Part shown: piece after piece, positions 46,046-63,849 of the stretch
How the letters are laid out: each line of letters opens with the position of its first letter
Position numbering within the stretch: position 1 is the stretch's first letter
From: the human T2T-CHM13v2.0 reference genome, Homo sapiens
Assembly (NCBI RefSeq): GCF_009914755.1
Contig: NC_060928.1
Strand: one strand, 5' to 3'
DNA length: 64,000 bases
Translations under genes and position numbers: made by a program
The notes under the pieces: model-generated
Databases searched by the model: none
Told to the model about the DNA's origin: nothing
Seen by the model: the letters and a program-made list of their open reading frames with translations, nothing else

Positions 46046-49000
46046 TCTGCCTACCAATACTACCCTCCTTCTCTTACTCCACATACATATTTCCATTTCG
46101 TTCATTCAGTCAATCATTCATTCACTTTTTTGAACATTCTCAGTCTGGTTATTGTGTGGAAGAGACACAAAATTGAATAAGGTACAGCCCTCCATTCTGC
46201 AGGAGTTTAAAATCAAGAAGAAGGAAAAAACAAGGCATAACATGGTAAAAAAAAGTTACGTGTTATAGGTAGGAGAAAGAGAAATGGGTATAGGAGGAAG
46301 CAGCAAGAAGTCTCAAGATCCAAGGGCAACAAATGTTTCCAGAAGATTGAAGATTTCAGTGATTTTTGTAATACTTCCTAAGGTCTATTCTAAGTCTTAC
46401 TATAATCTATGCATACCAAAGTTTAACCTCGGCCATTCAGAATATCCAGATGATCAAACCCAAAGCTCATGAAGCTGGTAAGTAGGCTTCTTTAACCTGG
46501 AAAATGGCTATTGCTTCCAGCTCTAGAGATAATGTAAATGTAGCTCAGTAAAATATGAAGGATAGTGATGTATTTTATTTGTCCAAACTTCTGTCCTTTG
46601 GATGGATGATACATGTGACCACTTCGATGCCACTGTCTTCCTCACTCCTACCACATTTGTGATATCCTCTGAGGCTGTAATGATGACCAGTCATCCCAGA
46701 CATTCACAGATGTCCTTACTGCAACATATAGCAACTGCACCATGCTTTCTTCTCTTAAGAGAAAATTGATGGAGTAAATTGTACAACAAACTCAAACTAA
46801 ACAACAGATAAGTAGCTGTACTTTATTTTGAGTGGCAGCCAACAATTCTTATGTGGAAGAAACATAAAACAGAACTACGTTAAGAAACTAAAATCACAAA
46901 CTGAATCTATTTACTAACTCACATGTGGAATAGACTCCCTTTTCTTGGCTATATTCTGGGGACTGATGCTTGACCTAGCATCAATGAGCAACAGTATGGA
47001 CCTTTCCTAAATTAGACACTGAATATGCCTGGTGTACAAGCTTTCTTTTTTTAAGTAATAATTCTACTGTTACTTAAGAATATCAGATGGTTACTTTTGC
47101 TTTTATCAAACTTAAATAGGAAAAGTTAATCAGTACTATATAGAGAGGAGGGAAGAAATAAACCAATAAGGATAAGAACCTAAGCTATTATCTGCATAGT
47201 AAGTAAGACTCAGGAGAAAAGTGTTGCAAATTTGGATAGTGACAACTTTGGACCCCTAAATGAATACAATATTAAGGAAATAATAGGAATTCACCAAAAA
47301 GTAGATAAATTTCATTCATGCATAGAAAATATTATATAATGGTACTAAGGTAAGAAAAAGAATGGCTGAATCAGGAAAGTTTTATATTTTGTTGTGACTA
47401 AAGACTAGAGACTGTGTAGTAGAAATGTAAAAAGTGACATTAAAACAAAAGTAAGGAGAATATGTTTTAAAGTATCTCCTTCAAAAAGTCAGTGCCTAGT
47501 TTTCCAGCTTTGCAATTTCCGAACACTGTTCCATAACTTTTAATCTACATGTGCCCATTGTGAATTTCCAAGAAACAATTGTAGAGTTACCTAATTCACT
47601 ATGTTGAACCCATCTTAAACTAGGTAGTATCTTAAAACTGATAGGTATATTTAGTGCAGTTGTGTTTCTTTTAAATCCTTCCCTCGCCCCCAAAAAAAGT
47701 GTTGTGTTTTTTTTGTAAATAGGTTATGTGTCATAAGATCTACGGATTTGTATAAAATAGAAAGAATACAATATTTGGCTATGCAACATTTCCCATTTAA
47801 CACTATTAAAAACTTACTGAACAAGTGGTCCTTGGTACATTTTGGAACACAGTAATGCAAGTATTAGTTCAAAGTTTTGTTTAGGGATTTTCCAACTTTT
47901 ACCTCCTAAAGCTAACTTTGACATTGATATTTAGTGGAATAAAATGATGAAGTTGAACAGCAGAACCCTCAATAATTTTCCTAAATTCCAACACCCTCCT
48001 CAGAAAGACTAACTTAACAGCTTATGAATTTTTATTTCACAAGTGCTACCATATTATGGAAATAGTACAATTAGAATACCAAATTTCGGGCTTTTATTTT
48101 CTACACCTTACTGGAAGGAAATAATTTCTTTCAGGTCCAACTTTTCCACTCTATAGGGATTTAGAAAGTAATGTATGTGTGCATATTGGGGTTGTGGTAA
48201 GGAGAGGAGAAGATTAAGGAAGGAAATCAGAATAGTTGAAGTTGTTTAAATTATATTACTTTTAAGTTGAAATTAATGATCCCAATACAAGATTATTATA
48301 CACATTTTATACATCAATTACATATATTATGTCCCAGGATATGCAGAAGAATAACCCTAATGCTAGGAAGACCCTAAAAAATTTCACATCACCATCTCTA
48401 AATGAATCTATAACCATTCCTACACTGACATTAATAACATGAAACCCAGGCAATGCAAAGATATGGCATTGTGATAAAATGGTATCCTTGGAAAATTTAT
48501 TCTTTTATGGAAACAATCAATCTGGGATTGGTTTTGTATGGTACAACCAGTGTTTATCAGGGGAAATAAGAGTTAAGAATATAAAAACAAGATTGTAAAC
48601 CCAACGAAGTAATTTTAATTATCATAGTGCTTGTCATTAAGACAAAAAAGTGTGGGTGTTCTTTTACTTATAAAGATCCTTTCAGTGTGAAACTAATCTA
48701 ACTTTTTCTGTGTTGATCCGTATTTTACTGCATCAGAAAATCATACTCTCTTTCACAATTTGAACATTTTAATTGAGTACTCTGAGGAACCATTAGCATG
48801 GAGACCCACAAAGCAGTGGAATGACACACCTAGCTACCAATCATTTTACAGTGATATAAAGTAGCATAGGAATTTATGAAAATTAGAAGAGTGGATATAA
48901 AGCAATGGTTAACACAGTATTATGGAATAGTCATATAGGTTTGCTGAATATGAGGCAGATAAAATCTGATAATATGATGAGCAAAGGGAAAATATGAAGA

Positions 49001-51020
49001 TTACAACTTGTGATTACAAAGGAGAAAAATGCAAGACTGAAAAATGGAAAATGATCATATTATTGATAACAAAGGACTTAGAACAATAGGGTAGTTTGAA
49101 ATTTTCAATCAATGGAACTAAAGATAATTCCCTTTTGAATATGGCATATTTAAGGTAAAGCTAGTTCTACTCTGAAACAAGTGCTATTCTCATCTACATA
49201 GAGACATTGCATGAGAAGAAAGGCTGGAAACTTTCTTCACATTCAGGTGCTATAAACTCTCTAAAAGCATACCTAGGTATAATGAGAGAAGAGAGGAGGG
49301 GCAATGGGATGGTTAATGGATTATCTTTCAACAGATTTGAAATATATGGCAAATGTCTTTAAATTCATATTTGAAAGTAAAATATAATACACAAGAAAGT
49401 ATATATTCAAATTAATTATTGAAATTCTCTTTTTTCTGTCATTATCTTAGAACCAATTTTTACCAGCAACATACACACGAAAATAATTATCTTGGCCTTA
49501 TTTCTGTGTAACGTTTTTAAATAAAAATGTATATTATCCACCTTGTAAATGCTCTAGTCTGATAAAACATGTATTCCAAGGACTTTAAATATATAAAAAT
49601 ATAAACAATCCACAAAAGACTAATAATTGCCATCATTGGACTTATCCTAAACAATATGCGGTAAAATCCAGAAAAAAAATTTAAGGAAGCACAACCCTAT
49701 AATTAAGCATGTAACACCAACAAGCACCTATTTTGAAGGTGAAAATATATTTGGATAAATAAGTTCCAACAGAATAGTTAAAAAATTACTTACTTCACTT
49801 GGTATTTCTACCTTGAATTTTTTAAGTAGAAAAAAAATAACTCTTGCTCTCCAACTCAAATCCTTTTTGGAAGAAGGTAAGATAACAATGAAGTTTAATT
49901 TTTAGATGATATACATTTTTGGTAATTCTGTGAATTAATTTTTGGGGTTAAAAGTCTGCCTACAGCTCTTTTACTTTGTATTTCTTTTTCTTCTTACTTT
50001 CCTTAGCTTTATGTGGTCAAGATCAGGCTTTTCTTGCAAGTAGCATGAGAGAAGTAAGTTTTGTCATGGTTCATGAAACTAAAAAGCTAATATAAAAATC
50101 TCCTTACCCTAAACAGATTACATACAGGTTAGGTACTTTAAACATCATAATCAGCAATATGCTTTCAATTCTGGAAGGGCTGCAATGAAGTCTGCAGTCA
50201 ATGACACAGTCTTGTCTAGTCTGTTGCTGTGGGTAATGGTGCAGAAAAAAACAATATACAATGCATGACAGATGAAGAGTAAGGACTAAGAATCAAAACA
50301 GACAGAGCACTATGTTCACAGAGCTGCTGAGCTATGGTAATCAATTTACCTATGACCAAGTAAGTGTTAGGATGGTAAAAATTTCGGGGGCTGATTGAAT
50401 TCCCATCTTGGGAATCCCAGGACCCTGCTAACAAATGTAAGAAAACAGGAGAATGTATATCACCCTCAGCCAGGAGGATCTAGACTTCGTCAACAAGCAG
50501 CTGGACCCCCTAAATATAAAAGGTTTTCTCTGGACACTGGAGAAAACATTTAAACATTTTCTTTATCCAGTGTCAGATTGCAATAAGGCTCAACATTTCC
50601 AGACTTTATGGAGATTGAGTCCACATACACCCTCTCTATAGGTGAAACCTTAGCTAAAACATAAATACACCTCTCCCTGCTAAAACCCAAGATGCTATCA
50701 CCCACCCTCACACTCCCATGCTGAGAGAGGGGTGGCAAAAAGATTGTAAATTTTCTCATTCTCATCAACTTTCCAAACCATTATTAGAAGCTTCCTAGCC
50801 TACAGGGTGTAAAAAAAAAAGTATGCAAATATTGCTCCAGTTTAAGAATTTAAACTCTAAAAGTGTGACAAAGTTATTAGCAATCTTAGAGTAAAAGAAC
50901 ACTACGTGAAGGGCTGTCTTCCACGTTTTCAGATTGATTTTTTTTTCAATTAGGGGGTTATGGGAATAATTATGAGATTATGGAAAATCCCATACTCTTT
51001 TAGCAAATCTCCTTAATTAT

Positions 51021-51692
51021 TATGATGGCTAATTTTATGTGTTAATTTCACTAGGCTAAAGATGCCCAGATAGCTGATAAAATATTATTTCTGGGTGTAT
51101 CTGTGAAGGTGTTTCTGGAAGAGATTAGCATTTGAAGTAGTGGACCGCATAATGAAGACCTGCCTTCACCAATGTAGGCTGGCACCGTGGAATCACTTGA
51201 GGGTCCAAATAGAACAAAAAGGTAAGGGTGGCATAAATTATCTCTTTCTCCCCCTTTTCTTAGTCAGGAACATTCATATTCTTTTGCCTTGGAATTCTAG
51301 GACTCAGTGTGCCAGCAGCACCACAGACCCCCACTCCCAGCTAGTTCTCAGGCCTTCAGAGACTTAGACTAGGAGTTATGACATCACTTCCCCTGGTTCT
51401 TATGCCTTTGGATTGAAATGAATTATGACCCTGGCTTTTCTGGTTCTCCAGTTTACAGATGGCAGATAATGGGACTTCTTGGCTCCCAAAATCATGTGAT
51501 CCAATCCCATAATTTTATATATATATTATACATATCAAATATATAATATATATAATTATATATCATATATATCTTATATATGTATTTATATATAAAATAT
51601 GTATTATATATCTTTTATATGTATTTATATATAAAATATGCATTATATATATATTTCTTATGTGTCTATTTCCCTAGAAAAACTCTAATACA
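51021..51692 (+). mobile_element. MLT2B-type ERVL solo LTR with expanded TA-rich tract (51515-51655)
   Basis: 'gatggctaattttatgtgt', 'ttatttctgggtgtatctgtgaaggtgtttctggaagagattagcattt', ending ctaataca. Confidence 0.88.
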
Positions 51693-51745
51693 AATCAAGG
51701 CCCCTAATTTGTTAAATAATTTGCCAACATTAGAAAAGAGCTCTT

Positions 51746-52058
<313 letters not shown>

Positions 52059-53055
52059 TTACTTGGGTGATTTTTATGTTCATTGGTCTTCACAGTGGTC
52101 TCTAAATGACCACGTTAAGATTGATATCATAATCTCTCCAACAAAAATAAAATAAATTCAACAGACAAAAGGTGAAAGTCAAAATATTTCTGCTTTAGAT
52201 AAAATACTAGTTATCACAAATTGACTGTTAAAATACATGGCTTATAATGGAGTAAGACAAATTGGTGATCATGAAACATCTCCAACTTCGCTTTTTAAAA
52301 TCCTCTTCATTATATCAAACATATATAGAAAGTATCTATTCTGCCTTAGTTCCTGAAAAAAGAAAAGATAGGTAAGATATGAATTAATTACACGGTCTCT
52401 GCCTTCTCCTTCTCTCGCTTACCCCACAACCACTTCAAGAATTTATCATCTAATATGAGAGAGACTTAGATTCATAAGCAGATACTTTCAGTGAAACAAA
52501 GATATGCATAGGGTTCGATAACTTAGAAACTAAAAAAGTCTTCCTGGAAGAGATGCCATTTGACATAAATCACGAGCCTAGAAGAGAACCAAGGAATAGG
52601 CTGTTGGGTTAGGGAGAATATATCTCACAAAATAAATGTTTCATTGTTAATGATGAGTTTGACTGCATGGCATGTAATAATTTAAAACTTTAATATAATA
52701 TTAAGCCAGAACATTCATAATACAAGAGACTTAAAAGCAATATTCAATATTCTATGGCTAGCAGTGAGTGCTCTGGGGAGGGAAGGAGGTGCATAATTTC
52801 GCTATCTTCTACCTTAAATCATCATTTCATTGAAAACACACTTTATAAACAAATTAAAAATCAAATAATTAAAATACTACACATCTCAAGTCAGTGAACT
52901 CTGACTTTTATGTACTCTATTAGTGATCCCTTTCATCTCAAATCTCAGAAAATTCAACTTTCATCCTCTCATAGCTCGTAAACTCTTCAATCACTTTAAT
53001 TTGGTTGGTTAACAATTAATGCTAGATACATGGAAAAAAGCTGTTGTTTTGTTGA

Positions 53056-53361
53056 TTTATTTTATTTATTATATTATTTATTTATTTAGAGACAGGGTCT
53101 TGCTCTGTTGCCCAAACTGGAGAGCAGTTGAGCAATCATAGTTACTGCAACTTCAAACCCCTGGGCTCAAGTAATCTTCCCACCTTAGCCTTCTAAGTAG
53201 CTAAGACTAGAAGTGCAAGCCACCACACCTGGCTAATTTTGTAATTCTTTGTAGAGACAGCATTGTTGCCTAGTCTTGTCTCAGACTCCTGGCCTCAAGC
53301 AATCCTTGCACTTTGGCCTTCCAAAGTCCTGGGACTACAAGGCTTGAGCCACCATGCCCAG
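53056..53361 (-). mobile_element. AluJ
   Basis: 'gagacagggtcttgctctgttgccc', 'gggctcaagtaatcttcccacc', (ttta)n tail. Confidence 0.93.
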
Positions 53362-54742
53362 TGATTTTTTAATATAGGATGAGATGTAACAAATTGCAAG
53401 CAAAACCAATAACTTAGTCTTCTATTGGCTTCAAAGGGACAAAAATCAACAGATATTATATTGTAAAACCTTTTCCAGACTTTATGTATTGCAGTTTCCG
53501 CACTTAAACTGCAATTAAAATTTAAAACCCATAAATGTAATTAAAAATGAAGGACAAACTGTTGTATTTTATTGAAATTATTTTTAGATAGAGCTGATAG
53601 AAATATATAGCAACAAATTTATTGGTATGATTAAAGTAAAACTATCTTTGAAGTTGAAGAAAAATGGTGTAAAAAATTTATTTAACTTGATTCTGAAAAA
53701 TGCACATGCAAGATAGTGTAATTATCCACTGAATATTTCTTTTTATGTATAATCGTATTCCTTTTTAACTATTCCCTTTTATCATTAGTTTCTGCTCATA
53801 TCATAGCAATTCATCATTCATGTGTATCTATTTATTCTAATGGCTATTAAATTAAATAATACATTTCTCAATGATCTTTTGTATATTATGATAAGATGAA
53901 TTCTAGGATAAATACAGCTTCACACTAGAAGGCGTGAAGCTTTGTAGAAACTTTAGATAACATTTTTTCACACTATAAGATTATAAAGAATCTCTCACAT
54001 GCAAATAGACTAGGAAAAAAACACAAGGGCATTCATACTTGCAGAAAAACTATATTAGACTGAAGGGCCTTAATCATCAGAGAGTTATGTTTTTGATTTA
54101 AAAAATGACATATTTTGTAGTCTAAAGGAGTCAATTTTATATTAATTCATTAAAAATGACATAGGACTTACTCATTCCAGTGAAGTCATTCTTTGAAGAT
54201 TTGTTAATCTTTCCAGTCACATGGGTCTATTTTATGTTTTTTATGACTTTTCTAAATTCCAATACCATTTCTCAGTTACTAAATAGAACTTTATTGAAAA
54301 AGTCAAGCCCTTCTAAAAGGTGAGAAATGAGTCCCTTATGAACTAAGCAGAACATTCACAAATAGTATATAACCTATTTGAGCCATAAATATGTCACAAC
54401 ATAAATGTATTAATATTAAAAATCTTAAAAATAAAATGTCACTTGAAGAACATTTTAAGATATTTTGAGAAGCTTAATTAAAATAGTAACATTTTATGTT
54501 TATAAATCCATTCGATATTAATCTTATTTCTCGAACCAAGCTTTAATCCCTCACAAATTTAAATCATTGTCCTCATAGACAGGTGTCTATATATAAGGTG
54601 TCCTCCACCTTATTCTTTATTGTAGCCCTGGGATAATATCAGAAACTTACAAGGCTCTCAATAAGTGCTGTTAATTTGGAGTGTAGCATGTTTATCATTG
54701 TTAGTTTCTTTACATATGATACTTATAAAACATTTAAAATAA

Positions 54743-55054
<312 letters not shown>

Positions 55055-55859
55055 TAAAATAAATATTTTTTTGTATAAAACTTACTTTGCATGTATTTTT
55101 ACATATTATTAATTACAACATTCAGAAATAGCAGAAGTAAACAGATTGAATTTAGGCCATTGGGTTGTTTTGGGGACCATAACATTTACTTTTAGCTTGA
55201 GTCTACCTTAGTTATTCAGACTGCTGTTTTGGCTTTGAGTAAATACAGCCCCCAAAAAAATTCATTTGAGAACATTTCTGGAATTTAAGATCTCCACACC
55301 TACACCCATAGGCTTATTTTCTGAAGCCTTACACTTTAAAGGAGTTGTGTGGTTATATTTTAATTACAATGGAAAATCAGGTTGAAAGAGAGTTGTAAAA
55401 GATGCTTTAAGATTTGATTATAAATTATTATTTTACAATACTAATTAATTTCTAATGTCTGAAATGATATTTGCAGCTGATTACAGAGCTTCACTTTTCT
55501 TGGGTGAAAAAAAAAAAAAGAGGAAAGAGACTTTCCCTGTTTAAGCAACATACCCTTACAAGGATTATAAAACTAAACTTCAAGTTCCCACAAAAATCAA
55601 AATCCAAGCAGGAGAATGTATACAAATTCCAAGACTTTAACATTTTGAACTTTTGCATCTGCTACTCAAACTAAACTGAAAATCTTTTCATTTAAAATTG
55701 CAGTGTCCTTCCTGAAGATGATTTTAAGCCCAACTTTGTAATAGTAGATTGGCATGTTGACAAATTAGTCTTTTTGGCTGAGAATAAAATAGAACATATG
55801 GATAAAAGCAGAATTTTTCTAACATCCCAATTTGTTCCACATTGTTTTAGCCTAGATGT

Positions 55860-56020
55860 CTAGAGACCAGGCTATAAGTTCTACTTCTATCACTTTATTG
55901 CCTTGTGACTTTTTAAAGCCTTTTAATCTACCTATGCCCCAATTTCAACATCTTTGTAAACAAAGCATTTTGAAGAATAATACCTGTGCATCAGAGGACT
56001 GCATCATCAAATGGTTTTTA
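55860..56020 (+). mobile_element. MIR fragment
   Basis: 'tgtgactttt...tttaatctacctatgccccaatttcaacatctttgtaaa...aataatacct'. Confidence 0.55.
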
Positions 56021-56975
56021 ACCTGTGAATGCTGTGAGAGAGGCAGGATGGTTTTCCCAACTAAGAAAGATGACCCTGAGGTGTTGCAGAGCCTGCTTCA
56101 ATTACTCCTGCAGGCAGCTCAGAGGCAGGGGAAGCAGAGCATGTGAGTGTGTCATGGGGGCACAAGGCACGCAGAACTTGTGAGACAGGCAGAGCAGTGA
56201 GAACATCTGGAGGAACAGGCCTGTGGGAGTCAGGAAAAACACAACCTGCACTGTGTTCTCCTTGTTTCTGCCAAGGATCTGGTAAGTTTCAGCTATCATC
56301 TGTAATCAGGACCATCGAGAAGAGGAATTACAGGACAGAGATAAAGAAGTGGTGCAGGAGGAATGAAAGAAGGGAGCAAAGAAAGGTGAAAAAGGAAAGA
56401 AATCATGACTTTCGGGCTATCCATTTAGTCATCTGCAAGACTATTGGATGGAATTAAAGAGAAGACTGAAAGTCGGAAAGTCTAAGGGACTTCTGGAAGG
56501 AAAGGAAGACCACGTAGAGCATCTTCAGGAAGCTGTACTTCAAAGAGAATGAGAGCAGCTGCTTAGCAAGGGTAATGTGACAGAATTCATTAACATTGTG
56601 TGAATTCAAAGATAAGACAAGATTAATAGCAGCCGATATAAACATAAGCTCCCAACATTTTGGCAAGTATTGATAATTTGTTATAATTCAAATATGAGAG
56701 AGATGTTAGATGAGAACTTCAAAGTGCAAAAAGAAGTTACCTTAATTATGAAATTGGGAGAAAACATCTAAGTCACATTGTGAACATTATGATGAATGTA
56801 TTAATCATATCTCAGATTAGGAGTTTATTTTCTTCAGGAATATGACAGTAAAGATACAGAAACTTCAACTTTATTACAGAATCTGAATGAAAATGCAGGC
56901 AGATTGAGATTTTTATTGAAAAGGAGGAAGACAAACCATAGCAACAGGCTGATGGATTACTCACTGCCAAATATT

Positions 56976-59390
<2,415 letters not shown>

Positions 59391-60409
59391 TGGTCCAGTT
59401 TTCTACAGAGAGCCAGAGGTCTAAAATAGATGCTCACTAGCTGTGTGCAGGCACTAGAAGAAATTAAGCTACACATACTGAAAAGTGGAAACAAAACAGT
59501 ATTCAAATGGCAGTTGTCATCTAGAGGCAGGACAAAGGAGTGTCCTGGATATAACAATATGGGGAGCAGTATCTGGATATTCTACCAACAAGTAATAGGT
59601 CCACAGACTCTGCAGTCAAGATTAAGAAAATGTCATAATAGGTGTTAGATTAGGCCCCAAACCCTAAATGCACCCATCTAGACAAAGATTTACATACAAG
59701 AGATTGTTTGCTTAAACAGGACAAGACAGAGTTGCAATAATGAGAACTGTGCAAGTGTCAGAGGTGGATAAGCAGCAGAGTTTTCTGTTCAGTCTAACAG
59801 AGTCAAGATAAAACTATTTTAAATCCTTCTTTTAAAGCCAGAATTGCCTCTTGTGACAGAAGTGGGAATGAGCTTGCAAGTTGCAATCAACTGGTACCAG
59901 CTGTGAAATACCTGGGTTCTAGGAAGTAGACCTAACAAACTAGATATTAATGCCTTGATGAGAACCTTTATAAATGAATCCTTGGAAATACAGAGAAATG
60001 TAGCTCATTTCTGATAATGGATAAATAAGGTTACTGCCAATCAAAAGTACCTTATGGTGCAAATTTAGTTGGTTTTTGAAGTAAGAGAGCAGACAAAGAT
60101 GGCCAGTGAGAGTCAGGCCTAAAATGGACTTGCTACCACAGTAAGACTAGTGGAAGAAAGTATGCTATTGGAATCTGATTATGTTTTGTTGATCAAAAGA
60201 AGAAACTTATGAAAATGACTTGATGAAAGAGTTGAATGACTGTTGAATAAGAGACAAAGTCTCACTTCCACTTTTCAATTCTCAATCCCAGAAACCCAGA
60301 GAAAATAGAAAAATTAACATACCAATTAGAGCTAGTAACTAACATCTCTCAAACACTGACTTGTAGGAGGAATAGAACCGAGGATGTATATGTATTTTTT
60401 ATTAAATTT

Positions 60410-60580
60410 TCTCAGCAAAACTTTGGGACAAACGCTCTTATTAACACTATTCAACATATAATTTTGTTGTAGAGAAATTAAGCAATTTGCCTAGAGTTAC
60501 AAAATTTGTACAATTTCAGATTTAGAATTCAAATCAGATTTGTTTTCCAACAGAGTTCATGCTCTTAGGCAATATATAAT
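60410..60580 (-). mobile_element. MIR fragment
   Basis: 'agagaaattaagcaatttgcctagagttaca', 'agaattcaaatcagat', 'cagagttcatgctctta'. Confidence 0.65.
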
Positions 60581-61254
60581 GTAGTAAAGTCTCAAAAATA
60601 TTTTTAATTCATCTGTTAAAAGATAAAAACATTACATAGCCCTTCAAGAAATGAAACAAGACAAAACAGAGATGCCACAAAGACAGATTTGCTTGTTTGT
60701 TTGTTGTTTGTTGATTGGTTATCAAAATGAAAAAAAAAATTGATCAGCAAAAAAAAGCATCCCTTGGTCTCCATATCACAACAAAACATTTCAGGGGCTA
60801 TTTACTCAAGTTTGTAGGAAGAGAGGAATGGAGGTTAGTTGGCATGTTTTAGCACAGTGAATTTACCAAGACTTATTGGAAGAAGTAATTAATGAACACT
60901 TATAATCTGAAAAATTTAGGCTAACATTCTGAAGACTCAAATCTCAGAAAAAGAAGATGGCCACCAACTGTGGTTAATACATTTGTGGAAACACCTTTTG
61001 AACATATTTTGTATGCTACCCGGTTGCCACAGGCTTGGGATACCAGTTAGGATTAGACCTGGGAGAACAGTAATGAGTGAAATGGAAAAGGAGATTTACC
61101 TCACAGGAGCTGTGAGCAGGTGAAGAAGACAGGAAACGCTGTTGCTCTGCTTCTATAGTAAGAGTCTGAAGGTCACTGTGGGCCAACAGCACTAGTAATC
61201 ATGACAAAACCCTAGGTATGAACCAGTGAAAGGCAAAACCAAACTGAAACCTAC

Positions 61255-63601
61255 TGTATTAGTCCATTTTCATGCTGCTATAAAGATACTACATGAGACT
61301 GGGCAATTTACAAACAAAGGTGGTTTAATTGACTCACAGTTCTGTATGGCTGGAGAGGCCTCAGGAAATGTATACAATCACAGCAGAAAGCTAAGGAGAA
61401 GCATATTCTTCACAAGCCAGCAAAGAGAGAGAGAGATAGCAAGTAGGGGAAATGCCAGACACTTATGAAACAACCACATCTCAAGAGAACTCCCTCACTA
61501 TCATGAGAACAGCATAGGGGAAACCACCCCTGAGATCCAATCACCTCCAACCAGGTCCCTGCCTCAATATGTGAGGATTACAATTTGATATGAGATTTGG
61601 GTGGAGACAGAGTCAAACCATAACATTCAACCCCGAACTCTCCCAAATTTCATGTCCTTTTCACATTTCAAAGCAAATAATGCCTTCCCAACAGTCCCCC
61701 AAAGTATTAGCTCAGTCCAGCATTAACTCAAAAGTCTAACTCCAAAGTCTCATGTGAGACAAGGGAAGTCCCTTTTGCCTATGAGCCTGTAAAATAAAAA
61801 TCAAGTTAGTTACTTCCAAGATTCAATGGGGGTACAGGCATTGGGTAAATGTTCCCATTCTAAATAGGAGAAATTGGCCAAAATAAAGGGGCTATAGGCC
61901 CCATGCAAGGCCAAACCCCACCAAGGTAATCATTAACTCTAAAAGCTTCAAAATCTCCTTTGAGTCCATGTCTCACATCCAGAGCACACTGACGCAAGGG
62001 TTCGGCTCCCATGGACTTGGGCAGCTTTATCCCTGTGGCTCACCAGGGTACAGCCCCTGTGGCTATTTTCACAGGCTGGCATTGAGTGCCTATGGCTTTT
62101 CCAGGTGCATGGTGCAAGCTGTCAGTGTATCTACCTTTCTGGGGTCTGGAAGACAGTGGTCTTCTCACAGGTACACTTGGCAGTGTCCCAGTGGGGACTC
62201 TGTATGGGGGCTCCAACCCCACATTTCCCCTTTGCGTTACCCTAGTAGAGGTTGTCCATTAGGGCTCCACCTCTTGCAGCAGACTTCTACCTGGACATCC
62301 AGGTGTTTCCATACATCCTCTGAAATCCAGGCAGAGGATCCCAAGGCTGAACTCTTGTCTTCTTTGCACCCACAGGCCCAACACCACATGAAAGCTGCCA
62401 AGCTTGAGGCTTGGCACCCTCTGAAGCATCGGTCTGAGCTGTACCTTGGTCTCTTTAGCCATGGCTAAAGCGCCTGGGACACAGGGCACCAAGTACTGAA
62501 GCTGCACAGAGCAGTGGGGCCCTGAGCCTGGCCCATGAAGCCATGTTTCGCTCCTAGGCCTCTGAACCTGTGATAGGAGTGGCTCCTGTGAAGGTCTCTG
62601 ACATTCCCTAGAGACATTTTCCCCCTTGTCTTTGCTATTAACATTCAACTCCTCATTACTTATGCAAATTTCTGTAGCTGGCTTGAATTCTTCCCCAGAA
62701 AATGGATACTTTCTTTTTTACCATATGGTCAGGCTACAAATTTTCCAAACCTTTGTGCTCTGCTGTCCTTTTAAACATAAGTTCCAATTTCAAACCATCT
62801 CTGTTTGAATGCATGTACCTAAAGGCTTTCAGAATAAGACAGGTCACATCTTGAATGCTTTGCTGTTTAGAAATTTCTTCTGCCAGATACACTAAATTAT
62901 CTCAAGTTTGCAGTCCCACAGATCTGTAAAGCAGGGGTAAAATGCCACTAGTCTCATTGCTAAAGTATAGAATGAATGACCTTTACTCCAGTTCCCAGTA
63001 AGTTCTTCATCTCCATCTGAGACTACCTCCGCCCAGACTTCATTGTCCATATCAGTATCAGCATTTTGGTCAAAACCATTCAACAATTCCCTAGGAAATT
63101 CCAAACATTCTCACACCCTCCTGTCTTCTTCTGAGCCCTCCAAACTGTTCAAACCTCTGCCCATTACCCAATTCCAAAGTTGCTTCCACATTCTCAGTTC
63201 TCTTATAGCAATGTCCCACTACCTCAGTGCCATTTCTCTGCATTAGTTCGTTTTCACACTGGTATAAAGATTCCACCTGAGACTGAGTAATATATACACA
63301 AAAGATGCTTAATTGACTCACAGTTCTGTATGGCTGGGGAGACCACAGGAAACTTACAATCATGGCAGAAGGCAAAAAAGAAGCAAGTACCTTCTTCACA
63401 AAGTGGAAGGAGAGAGAGAGAGAGTGAGCAGGGGAAATGTCAAACAACCAGATCTCATGAGAACTCCCTCCCTATCACAAGAACAGTATGTGACAAACCT
63501 CCCCCATAATACAATCAACTCCTACCAGGCCCCTCCCTCGACCTGTGGGGATTACAAATCGAGAGGAGATTTGGATGAAGACACAGAGCCAAACCATATC
63601 A
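61255..63601 (-). mobile_element. Uninterrupted THE1D/MSTA-type MaLR provirus (LTR 61255-61625, internal, LTR 63239-63601)
   Basis: Two LTRs, ~1.6-kb internal region (ELLNGFDQNADTDMDNEV), exact TSD CCTAC at 61250-61254 and 63602-63606. Confidence 0.95.
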
Positions 63602-63849
63602 CCTACAAAGGGAATGGCAGCCCACAACGACAAAATGACACCTGTGTCTGTCTTTCAGTACATTCAAACTCAATGATTCAAGAAGCTGATACCCTCCACT
63701 CTGGAATGAATAAATGATTGAATGATTGGCTCAGAACTTAGAGAATTTGTTAAGAGAAGTCCCATGGGGACTGAGTAGCTGCAGACTTGACTACTGCCCC
63801 ACAACTAAAAGATAAGCCAGTAAATCAGCAATAATGTCAACTGCAGCTA

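Noticed and set aside
61968-62648. 166-aa and 129-aa ORFs similar to those at 24823-25599, suggesting a gene duplication
   Set aside because: Both sets come from independent MaLR internal regions with different TSDs.
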